A stretch of DNA of 64,000 nucleotides, taken from assembly GCF_030028105.1 (NCBI RefSeq), contig NC_092397.1, forward strand, positions 25,864,630 through 25,928,629, in the 5' to 3' direction. The DNA is from Mobula birostris. Taxonomy: Eukaryota. The position numbers and the translations under genes are program-made. Position 1 is the first letter of the stretch, and each line of letters opens with the position of its first letter. The notes under the pieces were generated by a model. The model ran no database searches, had not been told where the DNA came from, and saw only the letters and a program-made list of their open reading frames with translations. Below, piece by piece: positions 51,640 to 64,000 of the stretch.

Positions 51640-54100
51640 AATGGCTTGCCTAATGAAGAGAGTTTCACGGCTCTGGGCCTCTATTCATTGGAACTTCGAA
51701 GAAAGAAGGGTTACCAAATTGAAACCTATCAAATAGTGAAAGGGCTTGATTGAGTGGATGTGGAGAGGATTTTTCCTGTGATGGGTGTGTCTAAAACTGG
51801 ACCACACAGCTTCAAAATAGAGGGTCATCCTTTTAGAATGGAAATGAGGAGGAATTTCTTCAGCCAGAGAGTGGTGAATCTGTGATTTTTTTTGCTACAG
51901 GCAGCTGTGGAGGCCAAATCACTGGGTATAGGCAGAGATTGATAGATTCTTGATTGGTCAGGGCATGAAGGGATACAATGGAAGGCAGGAGACTGCCTCT
52001 CAGAGGAAAAATTGATCAGTGATGATGAAATGCCAGAGAAGGCTCGACAGGCAAAATGGCCGAATTCTGCTCCTGTATCTTATGGTCTTATGGACTCACT
52101 TAGTGACTAAATCTCTCCCAGAGACTGTTGATCTCAGCTTTGACTCAACCCAGCAACTGAGGCTCCACATTACTTATATAAGGAATACAAAAGTTCTTTG
52201 TTCTCTGATTAACAAAACATCTCATTTCCATCCTGAATGCTTGTCACCTCATTCTGAGCAACAGACACAAAATGCTGGGGAAAGTCAGCAGGCCAGGCAG
52301 CATCTATGGGAAAGAGTAACGAGTCGATGCTTCGGGCTGAGAATCTTCACCCTGAGATCTGATGAAGTGTCTCGGCCCGAAGTGTCGACTGTTAACTCTT
52401 TTTCATAGAGGCTGCCTGTCCTGCTGAGTTCTTCCAGCATTTTGTGTGTGTTGCGTTTGATTTCCAGCATCAGCAGATTCTCTCGTGTTTGTGATTTACG
52501 CCTCATTCTGAGGGTATTTTCCTCAGTTATGGAGTTCTCATTCAGGGGAAAGATCCTCCTTGCCTATTGCCTGTCATATCCTGAAAGAATCTAACAGATT
52601 TCCTCGTTTTCTCATGAACAGCAGGGAATGCAGACCCAGCCCACTCACTCTCCTCTCGCATAACCAACCTTCCATCCCTGGAACCAGCCCAGTCAGTGTG
52701 GGGAACAGTCACTGCACTCCCTCTATTGCAGGGATATCTTTCCTGAGGAAGTGTGACCAAACCTGGACACGATACTCAAGGTGTGCTCTCACCAGGGCCC
52801 CTATATAATCCCAGTGAGACCTCTGTACTCTCTTGTACAATCCCCGTGGATCACAGGACAAAATACTGTTTGAACATAGAACATAGAATAGTACAGCACA
52901 GTACAGGCCCTTCGGCCCACAATGTTGTGCCGACCCTCAAACCCTGCCTCCCATATAAATAGAACATAGAATAGTACAGCACAGTACAGGCACTCTCATT
53001 ACTTGTATCTGCATGTAAACTCAAGTGATTTGTTTACAAGAATGTCCAGGTCCCTCTGAACATCCTCATGTGGAAATGACTCTGATAGTTTGTTCCTGAG
53101 ACTGGGTGATCGCACATTTCCCCACATTCTGTTCCACCTGCCACATCCTCAACCATTCACTCTCCTGTATACATCCCCCAAACCTTCTCACTACTGTTAC
53201 CGTCCCTCCCGCTCTGCCACAGCAGCAGACATAGTCACTGAGTTATGCAGCACAGAAACAGGTCCTTCAGCCCAACACATCCATGCTGACCAAGTGGCCA
53301 AACAAAATTATTGTCAGTTGCCTGCATTTGGCCCATGTCCCTGTGAAACTTCCCTCTCCACAGTCCAAGAGATATTGCAACTGTGCCCACCTACACCACC
53401 ACTTGGGGTAGTTTGTTCCATGTAAACAGCACATTCTGTGTACAAAACCTGCTCCTCAGGGTCCTATTTAAATGTTTCCTCTCTCACTTTATATCTGTAA
53501 TCTCCCGCTTCCAACTCCATAAACCTGGAGATAACAGATTCACTGTTGACCGTATCTATGACTGCCATTATTTTATCACCTCTCTAATATCACATACACT
53601 CTGGTGAGAAAGGTCCTGGCCTATGCAGCGTCCTGTTAAATCCCTTTTGCACCCTCTCCAGTTTAATGTCACCCTCTGATCCCAGGGCAACTATAACTGT
53701 ACTCCGTGCTCCGAGAGTAGTTTCCCCGAGGCTGGTAGAGCTGTAATGTGACGTCACAGTCCAGTGCCCGATACTCTACCCGATGAATGCGAGTGTGGCG
53801 AACAGCTTCTTCACCGTCCTGCTTACCTGTGTTTACACTCTGAAGGAATTCGATATCTGCACCCCGATATCTCTGTTTTACAGCACTCCCAGGGACAGAC
53901 CATTCCCCACGGCAGTTCTGCCCTGGTTCGTCAATGACAATGGCACATCTCACATTTATCTGTCATTCCTCAAATCAGTGACCTCATTGATCACCGTCCT
54001 GTTGTAATGTTAGTTACATTGTTTCACACTCCACGATATCACCAACTTTAGTGACATCGATAAATTTGCTGAGCCGGGCAGTGACGTTATCAGCCCTGAC
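51640..54100. mobile_element. Old CR1 3' fragments on both strands
   Basis: CR1 3' signatures (aggaatttcttcagccagagagtggtgaatct; catagaacatagaatagtacagcac). Confidence 0.7.
52259..52500. mobile_element. Palindromic PLE-derived insert with two opposed decayed hammerheads and 12-bp TSD
   Basis: CCTCATTCTGAG at 52247-52258 and 52501-52512; imperfect inverted arms of about 90 bp centred near 52357; plus-strand CTGATGAagtgtctcggcccGAAGtGTCgact. Confidence 0.85.
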
Positions 54101-54307
54101 TCAGCTCCCAGGCTTTTCCTCGCAGCGATACACGCGCAGTGCTGGAGGAACTCAGCAGGCCAGGCAGCATCTATGAGAAACTGGAAACAGCCAACGTTTC
54201 AGGCCGAGACCCTCCATCAGCATCTGCACAATGGTCTTGTGTTTGGTTTTCCTTCGATTCTAAGTTACTGGATAACATGACCCATCCTCCAATCCTCTGC
54301 CACCACT

Positions 54308-54470
54308 CCTGCCCGAGAAACGCGCAGAGAGACAGAGGCGGGGAGGGGAGGAGACAGAGTCAGAGTGACGGACAGAGCCGAGAGCGGCCTCTCATCGTCC
54401 AGCTCCGTCTTCACTTTAATACACCCGGCAATTTCCAACGGTTTGTCCGAAACACAGAGCTCCAGAGAGA
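54308..54470 (-). pseudogene. Orphan H4 promoter truncated just before the TATA box
   Basis: 54308-54406 is identical to 55391-55489 (99 bp); runs into a CR1 fragment instead of TATA and CDS. Confidence 0.85.
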
Positions 54471-54955
54471 GAGAAAAAAACGCCCTTTAACACCACGTAC
54501 AGAAGGAGTTCTAGGAATTTACTGCCGGTCGGACTTCATCGGATCAGAATACAGTGTGATTGGCGCAGGATCAATTTCAAATTGCCCGCCAATTTCAGAG
54601 CACCCAGCAACGGTGCTGGAAGACTTTTTTTAAAAATTATCTACCGTTAGTTTTATCACGCATTATACAATTTGAGTTTCATTTAATATCTAATCCCCTG
54701 AGTTAAGATTTAAATGCACAATTACGGAGTCGCTTCTCCAACCGAGTGAACTGATTCCTGTCCGAGACGGATAAAAGGATGAAGATCGATCTTAACGCGC
54801 TCAGAGGTTCTGAAGTAATCACCGACTGGAAAGGCAGATTCGCAGGAATATTGCAAACCGAACCGATTAATCTGTTTCAAATGTAACTCAGCTGAATGTA
54901 TCGATAAAAATAATTAAAAGGTTGCGGATACAGCTCCGTTTGTGAGGCGGTGGGT

Positions 54956-54971
54956 GGCTCTTAGAAGAGCT
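54956..54971 (-). terminator. Histone stem-loop (H4 copy 2) with G1>A
   Basis: Minus-strand AGCTCTTCTAAGAGCC followed by ACCCA. Confidence 0.9.
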
Positions 54972-55004
54972 TTTGTTTTGTGCTCGGGAGGAAGTGGGAG
55001 TTTT

Positions 55005-55325
<321 letters not shown>

Positions 55326-57801
55326 TCACTCAGGTCGCCGCTCACTGACAAACTGCCTGCTGCTGTCTCCTTTTATACACAGCGCCCCGACCTGCCCGAG
55401 AAACGCGCAGAGAGACAGAGGCGGGGAGGGGAGGAGACAGAGTCAGAGTGACGGACAGAGCCGAGAGCGGCCTCTCATCGTCCAGCTCCACCTTCACTTT
55501 ACCACAACCACCAATTTCCAACGATTCATCCGACACAAAGCGCTCCAGCGAAAAACAAAACTCCCTCACACACAGTCTGAAAAGAACGAGAGCCAATGTC
55601 AGGCTAATAAACATGGTGGGACTGATGGGCTGAAATGAGTTTATTTCAACACTAGGAGTACTATGTTATCGGACGAACAGGGCTGGCAGCTCAACATTCC
55701 TGGGTTTCATTGTTTTACATGTGAGTGGGGGGTTAAAAATGCAGAGGTTACCTCACTGGGAATGTCACAGCAAACTGCAAGGTTCATTTACAGAGGCAAT
55801 CTGCAGTTACACTGTTGGGGTGTTTGTATTGGCCCCGCAACAACCAGTGGGAGGACATTATCTTCTCTAGATTAACTGGAACTTGCTTAATTCTTAAATG
55901 CGCCAGATTTCTTCAGTGAATCTGAGAGGTGTTTGAAACATTATGTACAGGGCCCAACCAGAGGTGAGAACAGTTGGGAATGAGCCAGGCCAGGTGACAG
56001 TTGAGAGTCAGTGAACATTTGGGAACAGTGATCACAAGTTTCTTTTTTCTTAGTTACAAGTAAAAATAAAAGTAGATCTTGTATGAAGGTACTAATTTGC
56101 AGGAGGACAAGTCAGGACGGAGGAAGACAGGAGCCAAAGGACATTGATTGGGAGCAGCCACTGTCAGACAAGTCCACATCTGATGTGTGGGAGTTGTTTA
56201 AAGACCAGCAACTCTGAGTTCAGGATCAGCATGTTCCGGTGAGGAGTGAGGAGAAGGATGGTAAGTAAGGGATCTTTAGACAAGCAGAGAGATCCTAAAT
56301 TTAGTCAAAAGGTTATGGAAAGTTTGTAAAGCTAAAGTCAGACTGGGTACCTTTGGAATATAAAGGTAGCAGGGAAATGCTAAAGCAGGTGATAGGAAAG
56401 GCCAAAAGGGGCCACAAACTGTCCTTGTAATGTAGGACCAAAGATGATCCCAAGGCCTTGTGATTTGTATTAATAAGACGAGGATAACCAGAGAATAGAA
56501 ATGTCGACTCAAGATTAAAGGAGGAATGATGTGGTTGAAGTCAGATCAAGTGGCTGCGGTACTGAATGAGTATGTTGTGTCAGTATTTACTGAAGTGAAG
56601 GAATTGAATGGCAATGAAAACAGAATGAGGCATGCGAATGTGCAGAGACATTTTGAGATTAAGGAGCAGGTTGTGCTGGGACGTCTGAAAAGCAATAAGA
56701 TGGCTAAGACTCCAGGGCCTGAAGGCAAATATCCTACAACAGTGAAAGAAACAAGTGAGCAGATTGCCGGTGATTTGACAAGGATCTATGTGTCCTCGAT
56801 CACAACATGTGAGGTCCCACAGGACTAGAGTGTCAGAAATATTGCAGCTTTGATCAAGAAGGGAAATAACAAGAATCCAGGAACCTATAGGCAAGGCAGC
56901 CTCATTTCAGTGGTAGAGAAGCTACTGGGGAGGATATTGAGGCACAGGATTTATGCACATTTGGAAAGGCATGGCCTGCTTTGGGACAATCAACATGGTT
57001 TTGTGTGGGCAGATCACGCTTGATAAATTTGATTGAGGTTTCTCAGGAAGTGACACAGGCTAAGATATAGGAGCAGAATTCAACCATTTGGCCCGTCGTC
57101 TGCTCCGACATTTCATTGTGGCTGATCCATTTTTCCTTTCAGCCCCAGTCTCCTGCCTTTCCCCTGTATCCCTTCATACTCTGACCAATCAAGAATCTAT
57201 CAACCTCTGCCTTAAATATACATAAAGTCCTGGCTTAACAGCTCCCTGTGGCAATGAATTCCACAGATGAACCACTCTCTGGCTAAAGAAATTCCTCATC
57301 TCCACATTCTACAAGGATGCTCCTCTATTCCGAGGCTGTGTCTTGATATTAGACACTCCCATCTTCTGCACATCCACTTTATCACTGCCTTTCACCATTC
57401 GATAGGTTTCAATTGGGCCACCCCTCATTGTTCAAAAATTCCAGTGAATACAGGCCCAGAGCCATCAAACACTCTTCATACGACAAGATGTTTCATCCTG
57501 GAATCAATCTGGAGAACCTCCTTTGAAACCCATCGAGTTTCAGCTCATCCTTCCTAAGATGAAGAGCCCAAAACTGCTCACAATACTCCAGTGAGACCTC
57601 CACAGTACTTAATAAAGTCTGATCATTATTATGATTGGCGCAGATATTGTGAGACGAAGGGCAGGTTGCCATCTGTTCCATATTGTGTACTGATGAATAT
57701 GTTTGATCTAACAGTAATTGCAGGGACATGGTTACAGAGACTGGGACTTCGACATTCCACTATATTCAATGTTCCACACGGAATTGGCAAAATGTAAGTT
57801 A

Positions 57802-59308
57802 TTAGGTTTTATTGTTTTGCAATGGATTTAATTTGGCTTTTTTGACACTGATCAACAGAAAAGACTATGGTGTCAAAGTGAAAACAGATCTAAATTAATT
57901 GTAAATATGAAACAAAATAATTCATTGCCTTAGTATTTACCTCCTTCAAATCCGTAATTAGTTGATGCACCTTTGGCAGTATTTACAGTTGAGTCTGTGT
58001 CGATAGGTGTCTATCAGCTTTGCACATCTGAACACTGCAATTTTTCCACATTCTTCTTTACAAAACTGCAGAAGCTCTGTCAGAATGCATGGGTTAGTGA
58101 GCGAACACTTCTTTTCAAGTCCAGCCACAAATTCTCAATTGGATTGAGGTCTGAACTCTCACAAAGCCACTCCAGGACATTAACTTTGTTGTTTTAAGGC
58201 ATTCCTTTGCAGCTTTGGTTTTATGCTTGTGGTCATTGTCATGCTGGAAAATTAATTTTCTCCTAAGTCGCAGTTCTCTTGAAGACTGAATTTGGTTTTC
58301 CTCCAGGATTTCCCTGTATTTTGCTGCATTCATTTTACCCTCTACCTTTATGTGCCTTTCAGGGCCTGCTGCAGTGAAGCATACCCACAGGATGATGCAG
58401 CCTCCACCATACTTCACGGTAGGGATGGTGTGTTTTTGATGTTGTGCGGTGTTTGGCTTACTCCAAACTTAGTGTTTGTGATGGTCAAAAAATTCAATTT
58501 TGTTTTCATCAGACCATAGAATCTTCTTCCAACTAACTTCAGAGTCCCCAACAATTCTGGGAAACTCCAGGGAAGATTTCATGAGAGCATTTTTCAACAC
58601 TGGCTTTTTCTCTGCCACTCTCCCGTAAAGCTGCGACTGGTGAAACACCCGGGCAACAGTTGATGTATGCACAATCTCTCCCACCACTGAAGCTTGTAAC
58701 TCCTCTAGAGTTATCATAGGTCTCTTGGTGGCCTCCCCCACTGGCCCCTTCTTGCATGGCCATTCAGTTTTTGAGGATAGCCTGCTCTTGGCAGATTTAC
58801 AGCTGTGCCATATACTTCCCACTTCTGGATGAGTGACTCTACTATACTCCAAGGGCATTCAGTGACTTGGAAATGTTCTTGTATCCATCTCCTGGCTTGT
58901 GTTTGTCAATTACCTGTTTGCAGAGCAGCTCGGAGTGTTGATTTGTCTTCACGGTGTAGTTTCTCCCAGGATACTGACTCACCAGCAGTTCAACCTTCTA
59001 CTTACAGGGGTACTATTACTACAATCAATTGAAACACCTTCACTGCACACGGTCATCTCCATTTAACTGATCATGTAACTTCAAAAACTAATTGGCTGCA
59101 CCAGAGATGATTTGGTGTGTCATATTAAAGGGGGTGAATACTTAAACAGACAATTATTTTGTGTTTTTGATTTGTAATTAGTTGAGAGCATTTTGTAGAG
59201 ATTTGTTTTCCCTTTGACACAAAAGATTCTTCTTCCATTGATTGGTTTCAAAAAAAGCCAAATTCAATCCACTGAGATTCAATGCTGTAAATTTTCATAG
59301 GAACTTTA
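57802..59308 (-). mobile_element. Tc1/mariner, duplicated copy without LINE insertions
   Basis: ORFs 58469-58858 and 58115-58417 mirror the left-arm copy; one TIR end is deleted near 57800. Confidence 0.9.
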
Positions 59309-62300
59309 TATGTAGGGACAATGATGGTGAAAGGGGGAGGGAAAGACAACATTGGTAGGAGTGGCCTCAAGATCCTGGGGTGTGGTCAAAGGCATTCAAG
59401 GAAATATTAAATCAAAGAACATACAAAGAGGCGCTGGTGGTGCACAAGAGAATCAGAGATTTTCTAGGAACCAGTGAAAAGCTAAAAGTAAAAAGGAACA
59501 CGCAGAGAAGTTAACTCAGTAATTTGCATTAGTGTTCACAGTGGGACACAGCAAACATCGCACAGATATCTAACGGTGACATTTCAACATTGTGCCATAA
59601 TGTATAACAATTGGCATCACAAGGGAGAAACTAATGGGGCTAAAAGCAAACATTACCAGGTCCCAACGACCTGCACTGGAGGGTTTCACAGGAAGTCTGT
59701 AGAGAAAGTAGAGACATTGAAGTCTGTCAAAACTCACTGTTACAGAAAGGTCCCAGTGGAGTTGAAAACCATTGCTGAAGAAGGGTGGAAGATAAAAAGC
59801 AGGTAACTGTAGTCCTGTTAACTTCACTTCAGGTACTGGAGTTGATAATCTATCAAGAAATAACAAATCATTTGGAAAAGTTTAATGTCTACAGTCAGGT
59901 TCACACAGATTCCACGATGACCAAAGTTCCCATCTGAGCTCGTGGTCTGTAACCCCCTCACCACCACATTATGAAGAAGGTTATCCTCCTCCTTGTCCCA
60001 TTTCTCTGCATTTGGCCCAGATACTTCAAAACCTTTCCTTTCCATCTACCTGTCCAAGTGCCTTTTTAATGTACCTGACTCAACCACTCCCCCAAGCAGC
60101 TCTTTCCATTTCCAGCTTCCAGGTCTCTCATGATTTTATACACCTCTGCAATATCAGCACTCATTCTCCAACATTACAGGGAAAATTATCCGAAACACCT
60201 TTCCACAAATCCTTTGAGATCCAGTAACATCCCCGTAAATCTCCCCTGTACTCTTTCCAGCTTAATGGTGTCTGTCATACAGCAGGGTCACAAAAACTAA
60301 ACACTATTTGCGAAATGTGGCCAAACCAACGTGTTGGACAACTGCAACATCTCATCCCAGTTTCTATATTCGGTGCCCTGACTGAAGGCCAGTGTTCCAA
60401 AAGCCTCTTCACCACCCTGTCCATCTGGAACCTGGTCTTGGACCCTGTAACCTGGGTTGTTGAATGTTAAGTCATGTTTGACTAACATACCAGAGATTTA
60501 AGACTTTACAGGGGAAGTTGGAGAAGTGGTGTTTTTGGATTTTCAGGAGCCATTTGCCAAGGTGCCACATGTAAGGCTGGTGCACAAGACCAGAGCTCAG
60601 TACTGGGAAGGAAGTGTGTTAATACTGACTGAAGACTGGTCATCATACGGAGACAGAATAACAGGTCTGTTTCAGACTGGGATGATATTACTAGTGGAGT
60701 GTCCCAGTGACCAGTTCTGGATTGTCAATGATTTATTATTGATATTAATGACCCGGAGGAGGGGCAGAGAGTGAGGAATCCACGGTGGCAATGACAGGGA
60801 ATGTGGTGGGGGACATGTTGTGATTGGACATTTCATCTCTTCAATGGGACATGGGGAAGCTGGTGAGTAGAATACTTGGTAAATGGAGTTTAATGTGGTG
60901 AAGTGTGATGACATGTAGAATGGTAGGAGGAATCAAAAGTCAGACTATGATTTATGTGGAGATAAATTGTAAATGAGAGAAATAGAGAGGGGTCGAGGTG
61001 CTGAACTACACAACAAAACAGAGACGGGAGCAGTGAGTGGTTCATAAAACCATATATGACCAAGGTTCAGAGGTGAATGGTTCATTGACATTTACTGACG
61101 GGGTGTTGGTGCAGAGAAACAGAGAAGTGTTGTTACTGTGACAGACAAGTGCACAATGATGGATTTTGGGAAGTTAAAGCAGGTCAGGACGTACCCAGTG
61201 AATGGAGGGTCCTGAGGAGTGTTGATGAAAGAGAAACCTGGGGCACAGGTAAGCAATTCCCTGCAAGTGCCAAGACAGGTAGACAAGGTGGTGAAGAAGG
61301 AGCACGACATGCTTGTCTTCATCAGCAAAGGCTCTGAGAGGAGTTGGGACATCACATTACAGTTGTACAAATCAATAATGACACCACACCAGGAGTACCC
61401 TGTGCAGTTCTGGTCACATGAGAGGAAGGATGTGATTAAGCTGGAAAGGTGCAGAAACGATTCACAGGAATGTTACCTGGACTGGGGGCTTGAGTTACAA
61501 GGAAAGATCAGACTGACTGAGACTGTTTTCCCTGGAGTGAAGGAGACTGAGGGGAGACCTGACAGAAGATTATAAAACTATGAGAGATGTAGACAAGGTA
61601 AACAGGCAGGATCATTTTGCCAGGGTAGAAATATCAAATATGAGAAGGCGCAGCTTTAAAATGCCAGGGTGAGAATTTAAAGGTGGACGTTAGGACAGGT
61701 AAGATTTCTAATTCCGTACAGAGAGTGGTGAGGGCCGGGTATGGGCTGCCATGGGGAGTGGTGGAAGCAGATATGATAATGACATTTAACAGGGTTTTAG
61801 ACAAGCCCATGAATATTCAGAGAATTGAAGCACATGAATTATAAGCAGGCAGAAGAGGTTTGTTTCATTTGACATCATGTTCAGCACAGACATCATGGGA
61901 AGAAGGGTCTGTTCCTGTGCTGTACTGTTCTGTGTTCTCAGTGAGCCTCAGTGACAGGGGGAGTCTTTAGCCGGGGTCACAGACAGGTGTATCTGTGGTA
62001 AGGAGAGAGACTGCACAGTGGTGCATTACCTCCCTGGTACCAGGGTCGAGGATGGAAATGAACAAGTACAGGCCATTCTGAAAGGGCAGGGTGAGCAGCC
62101 AGAGGTAGTGGTCCATATTGGCACGAACAAAAGAGAAAAGTCCTGCAAGGAGAGCTTAGGGAGTTGGGGAAAAAGTTAAGTGGAAACTCTGTGGTCGGGG
62201 GGGGGGGGTGGAAATCCCAGTGCCACCTGCTAGCGAGGGAAGAAATACAAAGGTGGTACCGTTATATGTGTGGCTCACGAGCTGGTGCAGGATGGAGGGT

Positions 62301-64000
62301 TTTAGTTACATGGATCATTGGGCTCTCCTTCAGGACAGGTGATGGGAAGAGTAAGAGGTCAGTAACTGGCAGTGATTGATGTGGATTAACACAGAAAGCA
62401 ACTCCAAATGGATAAATTAGTGTCTCAGCAGCATTACAAGTGCACACATCTACAAATATCAGAAGAGAAGCAAGAGAAAGAATAAAAAGTAAGTTACCTC
62501 CAACAGTCTAACGTGGGGGGGGGGGGGGGGGGGTCATCACTTCCCCGGCTATAGGTTGACTCATTATTGGCCCTGATGGCCCAGTGTAAGAATGACTTCA
62601 TACAGCGCTCCTTGGAGCAGCAGAGTTGTCTTAGTCTGTTACAGAAGATGCTCCTCTGTTCAGCCAAGGTGGCATACAGAGGGTGAGAAACATTGTCCAG
62701 AATTGCCAGGATTTTCCGTAGGGTCCTTTCTGCTACCACGGCCTCCAGTGTGTCCAGTTTGACTCCTATAAGAGCCAGCCTTTCCAATCAGTTTATTGAG
62801 TCGGATAGCATCACCCGTGTTGGTGCCATTGGCCCAGTCCACACACTGATCATGCAGAATGTCACAAGGTCAAGGTCATCCCAGAGGCTAATCCAGTAAG
62901 ACAATCTGGATAGAAATCAGGAATAGGAAAAGTGCAATCACTATGATAGGGTTATACTGTAGGCCTCCCAATAGCCAGTAAGAGACAGAAACAGATATGT
63001 TAGCAGGTTATGGGATGAAGTAAAAATCAAGAGAGTAGATTTGGTGAGTGAATATCTCCTCAGAGTAACTGGGATTCTCTTACACCCTGAGGCTTGGATG
63101 GAGCATTAAGGTTTCCTGAAACAATATGTCGTCCACCAGGGAGGGGGACATTCTTGACTTCACCTTGGGAAATATGGGACTCAGCGGAGTGGTGGCAGGA
63201 ACAACCAGTGTTCAAAGAGGAATTAGACAGGTCCTTCAGGAGAAATGACCTGCAGTGCTGTGGGGACAGAGTGGGGAATGGGACCGTGGAAATGTTGTAG
63301 CAGGAGTTAGTATTAACTTGACGGGTCAAATAGTCTCGACGATCACAGAATGATTCTCTGCCCAATAATAGTCTGAAAAAATCATTCTGGTCGCCAGTGA
63401 ATCTTCCAAGCTCCAGGATGGACAAGATCAATTGTGTAATAAGGACACACTTCTGTCGAAACACTGACACTGTATACCAAGCACACTGAGCTGCCAGAGC
63501 ACAGCACCGGCCAGTGAGGACACAGACCAGTACAACACCCGGCTCTCTACTACAAAGTTCAAAGCTGAAAGTAAATGTATTATCAAAATACATTTCTGTC
63601 ACCATATGCAACCCTGAGATTAGTTTTCTTGTGGGCATACTGCTGGTTTGTTAGAGCGGTCGGGGAGGGTTTAAACTAATTTTGCAGGGGCGTGGGAACA
63701 GGCGTGAAAGGATGCAAGATAGGACAGATGGTAAAAAAGCAAAGATAGCATGCAGTCAGGAAGGGCAGGCAGATGATAGGACATAAATGCAGCCAGCAGG
63801 GTGAGTATCAGTGCATGAGGGATGCAGAAACAATTATGGTAGCAAATACAGTACTCAAACTGTTATATCTCAATACCCAGAGTCTACTAAATAAGGTGGA
63901 TAATCTTATTGCCCTGTTATGGATTGTCATGTTTAATGTTGTGACCATCACTGAATCACGGCTGAAGCATGTTTGTAGTTGGGAGCTAAGTGCCCAAGGT

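Overview
Repeat-dense vertebrate genomic DNA. The CR1, Rex1/Babar, Penelope and Tc1 content and the divergent H1 point to a cartilaginous fish, probably a ray (inference). The window holds a dispersed replication-dependent histone cluster of seven intact, intronless genes with 3' stem-loops: H4(+), H3(+), H1(-), H2A(-), H2B(-), H2B(-), H4(-). It also holds three orphan histone parts: an H4 3' end, an H4 promoter and an H2A promoter. The cluster is framed by an inverted segmental duplication (about 14356-28315 vs 54515-64000, running off the window); two LINE insertions occur only in the left arm. Other content: a CpG-rich promoter with an RFX X-box near 8.4 kb, a decayed C2H2 zinc-finger remnant, two minisatellites and nested DNA transposons. 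The most unusual signal is a family of about 110-250 bp Penelope-derived inserts carrying minimal hammerhead ribozyme motifs. Several are flanked by 8-16 bp target-site duplications, several are palindromic, and some begin at or within 3 nt of the predicted self-cleavage site. All coordinates and identities were read by eye; repeat boundaries are approximate.
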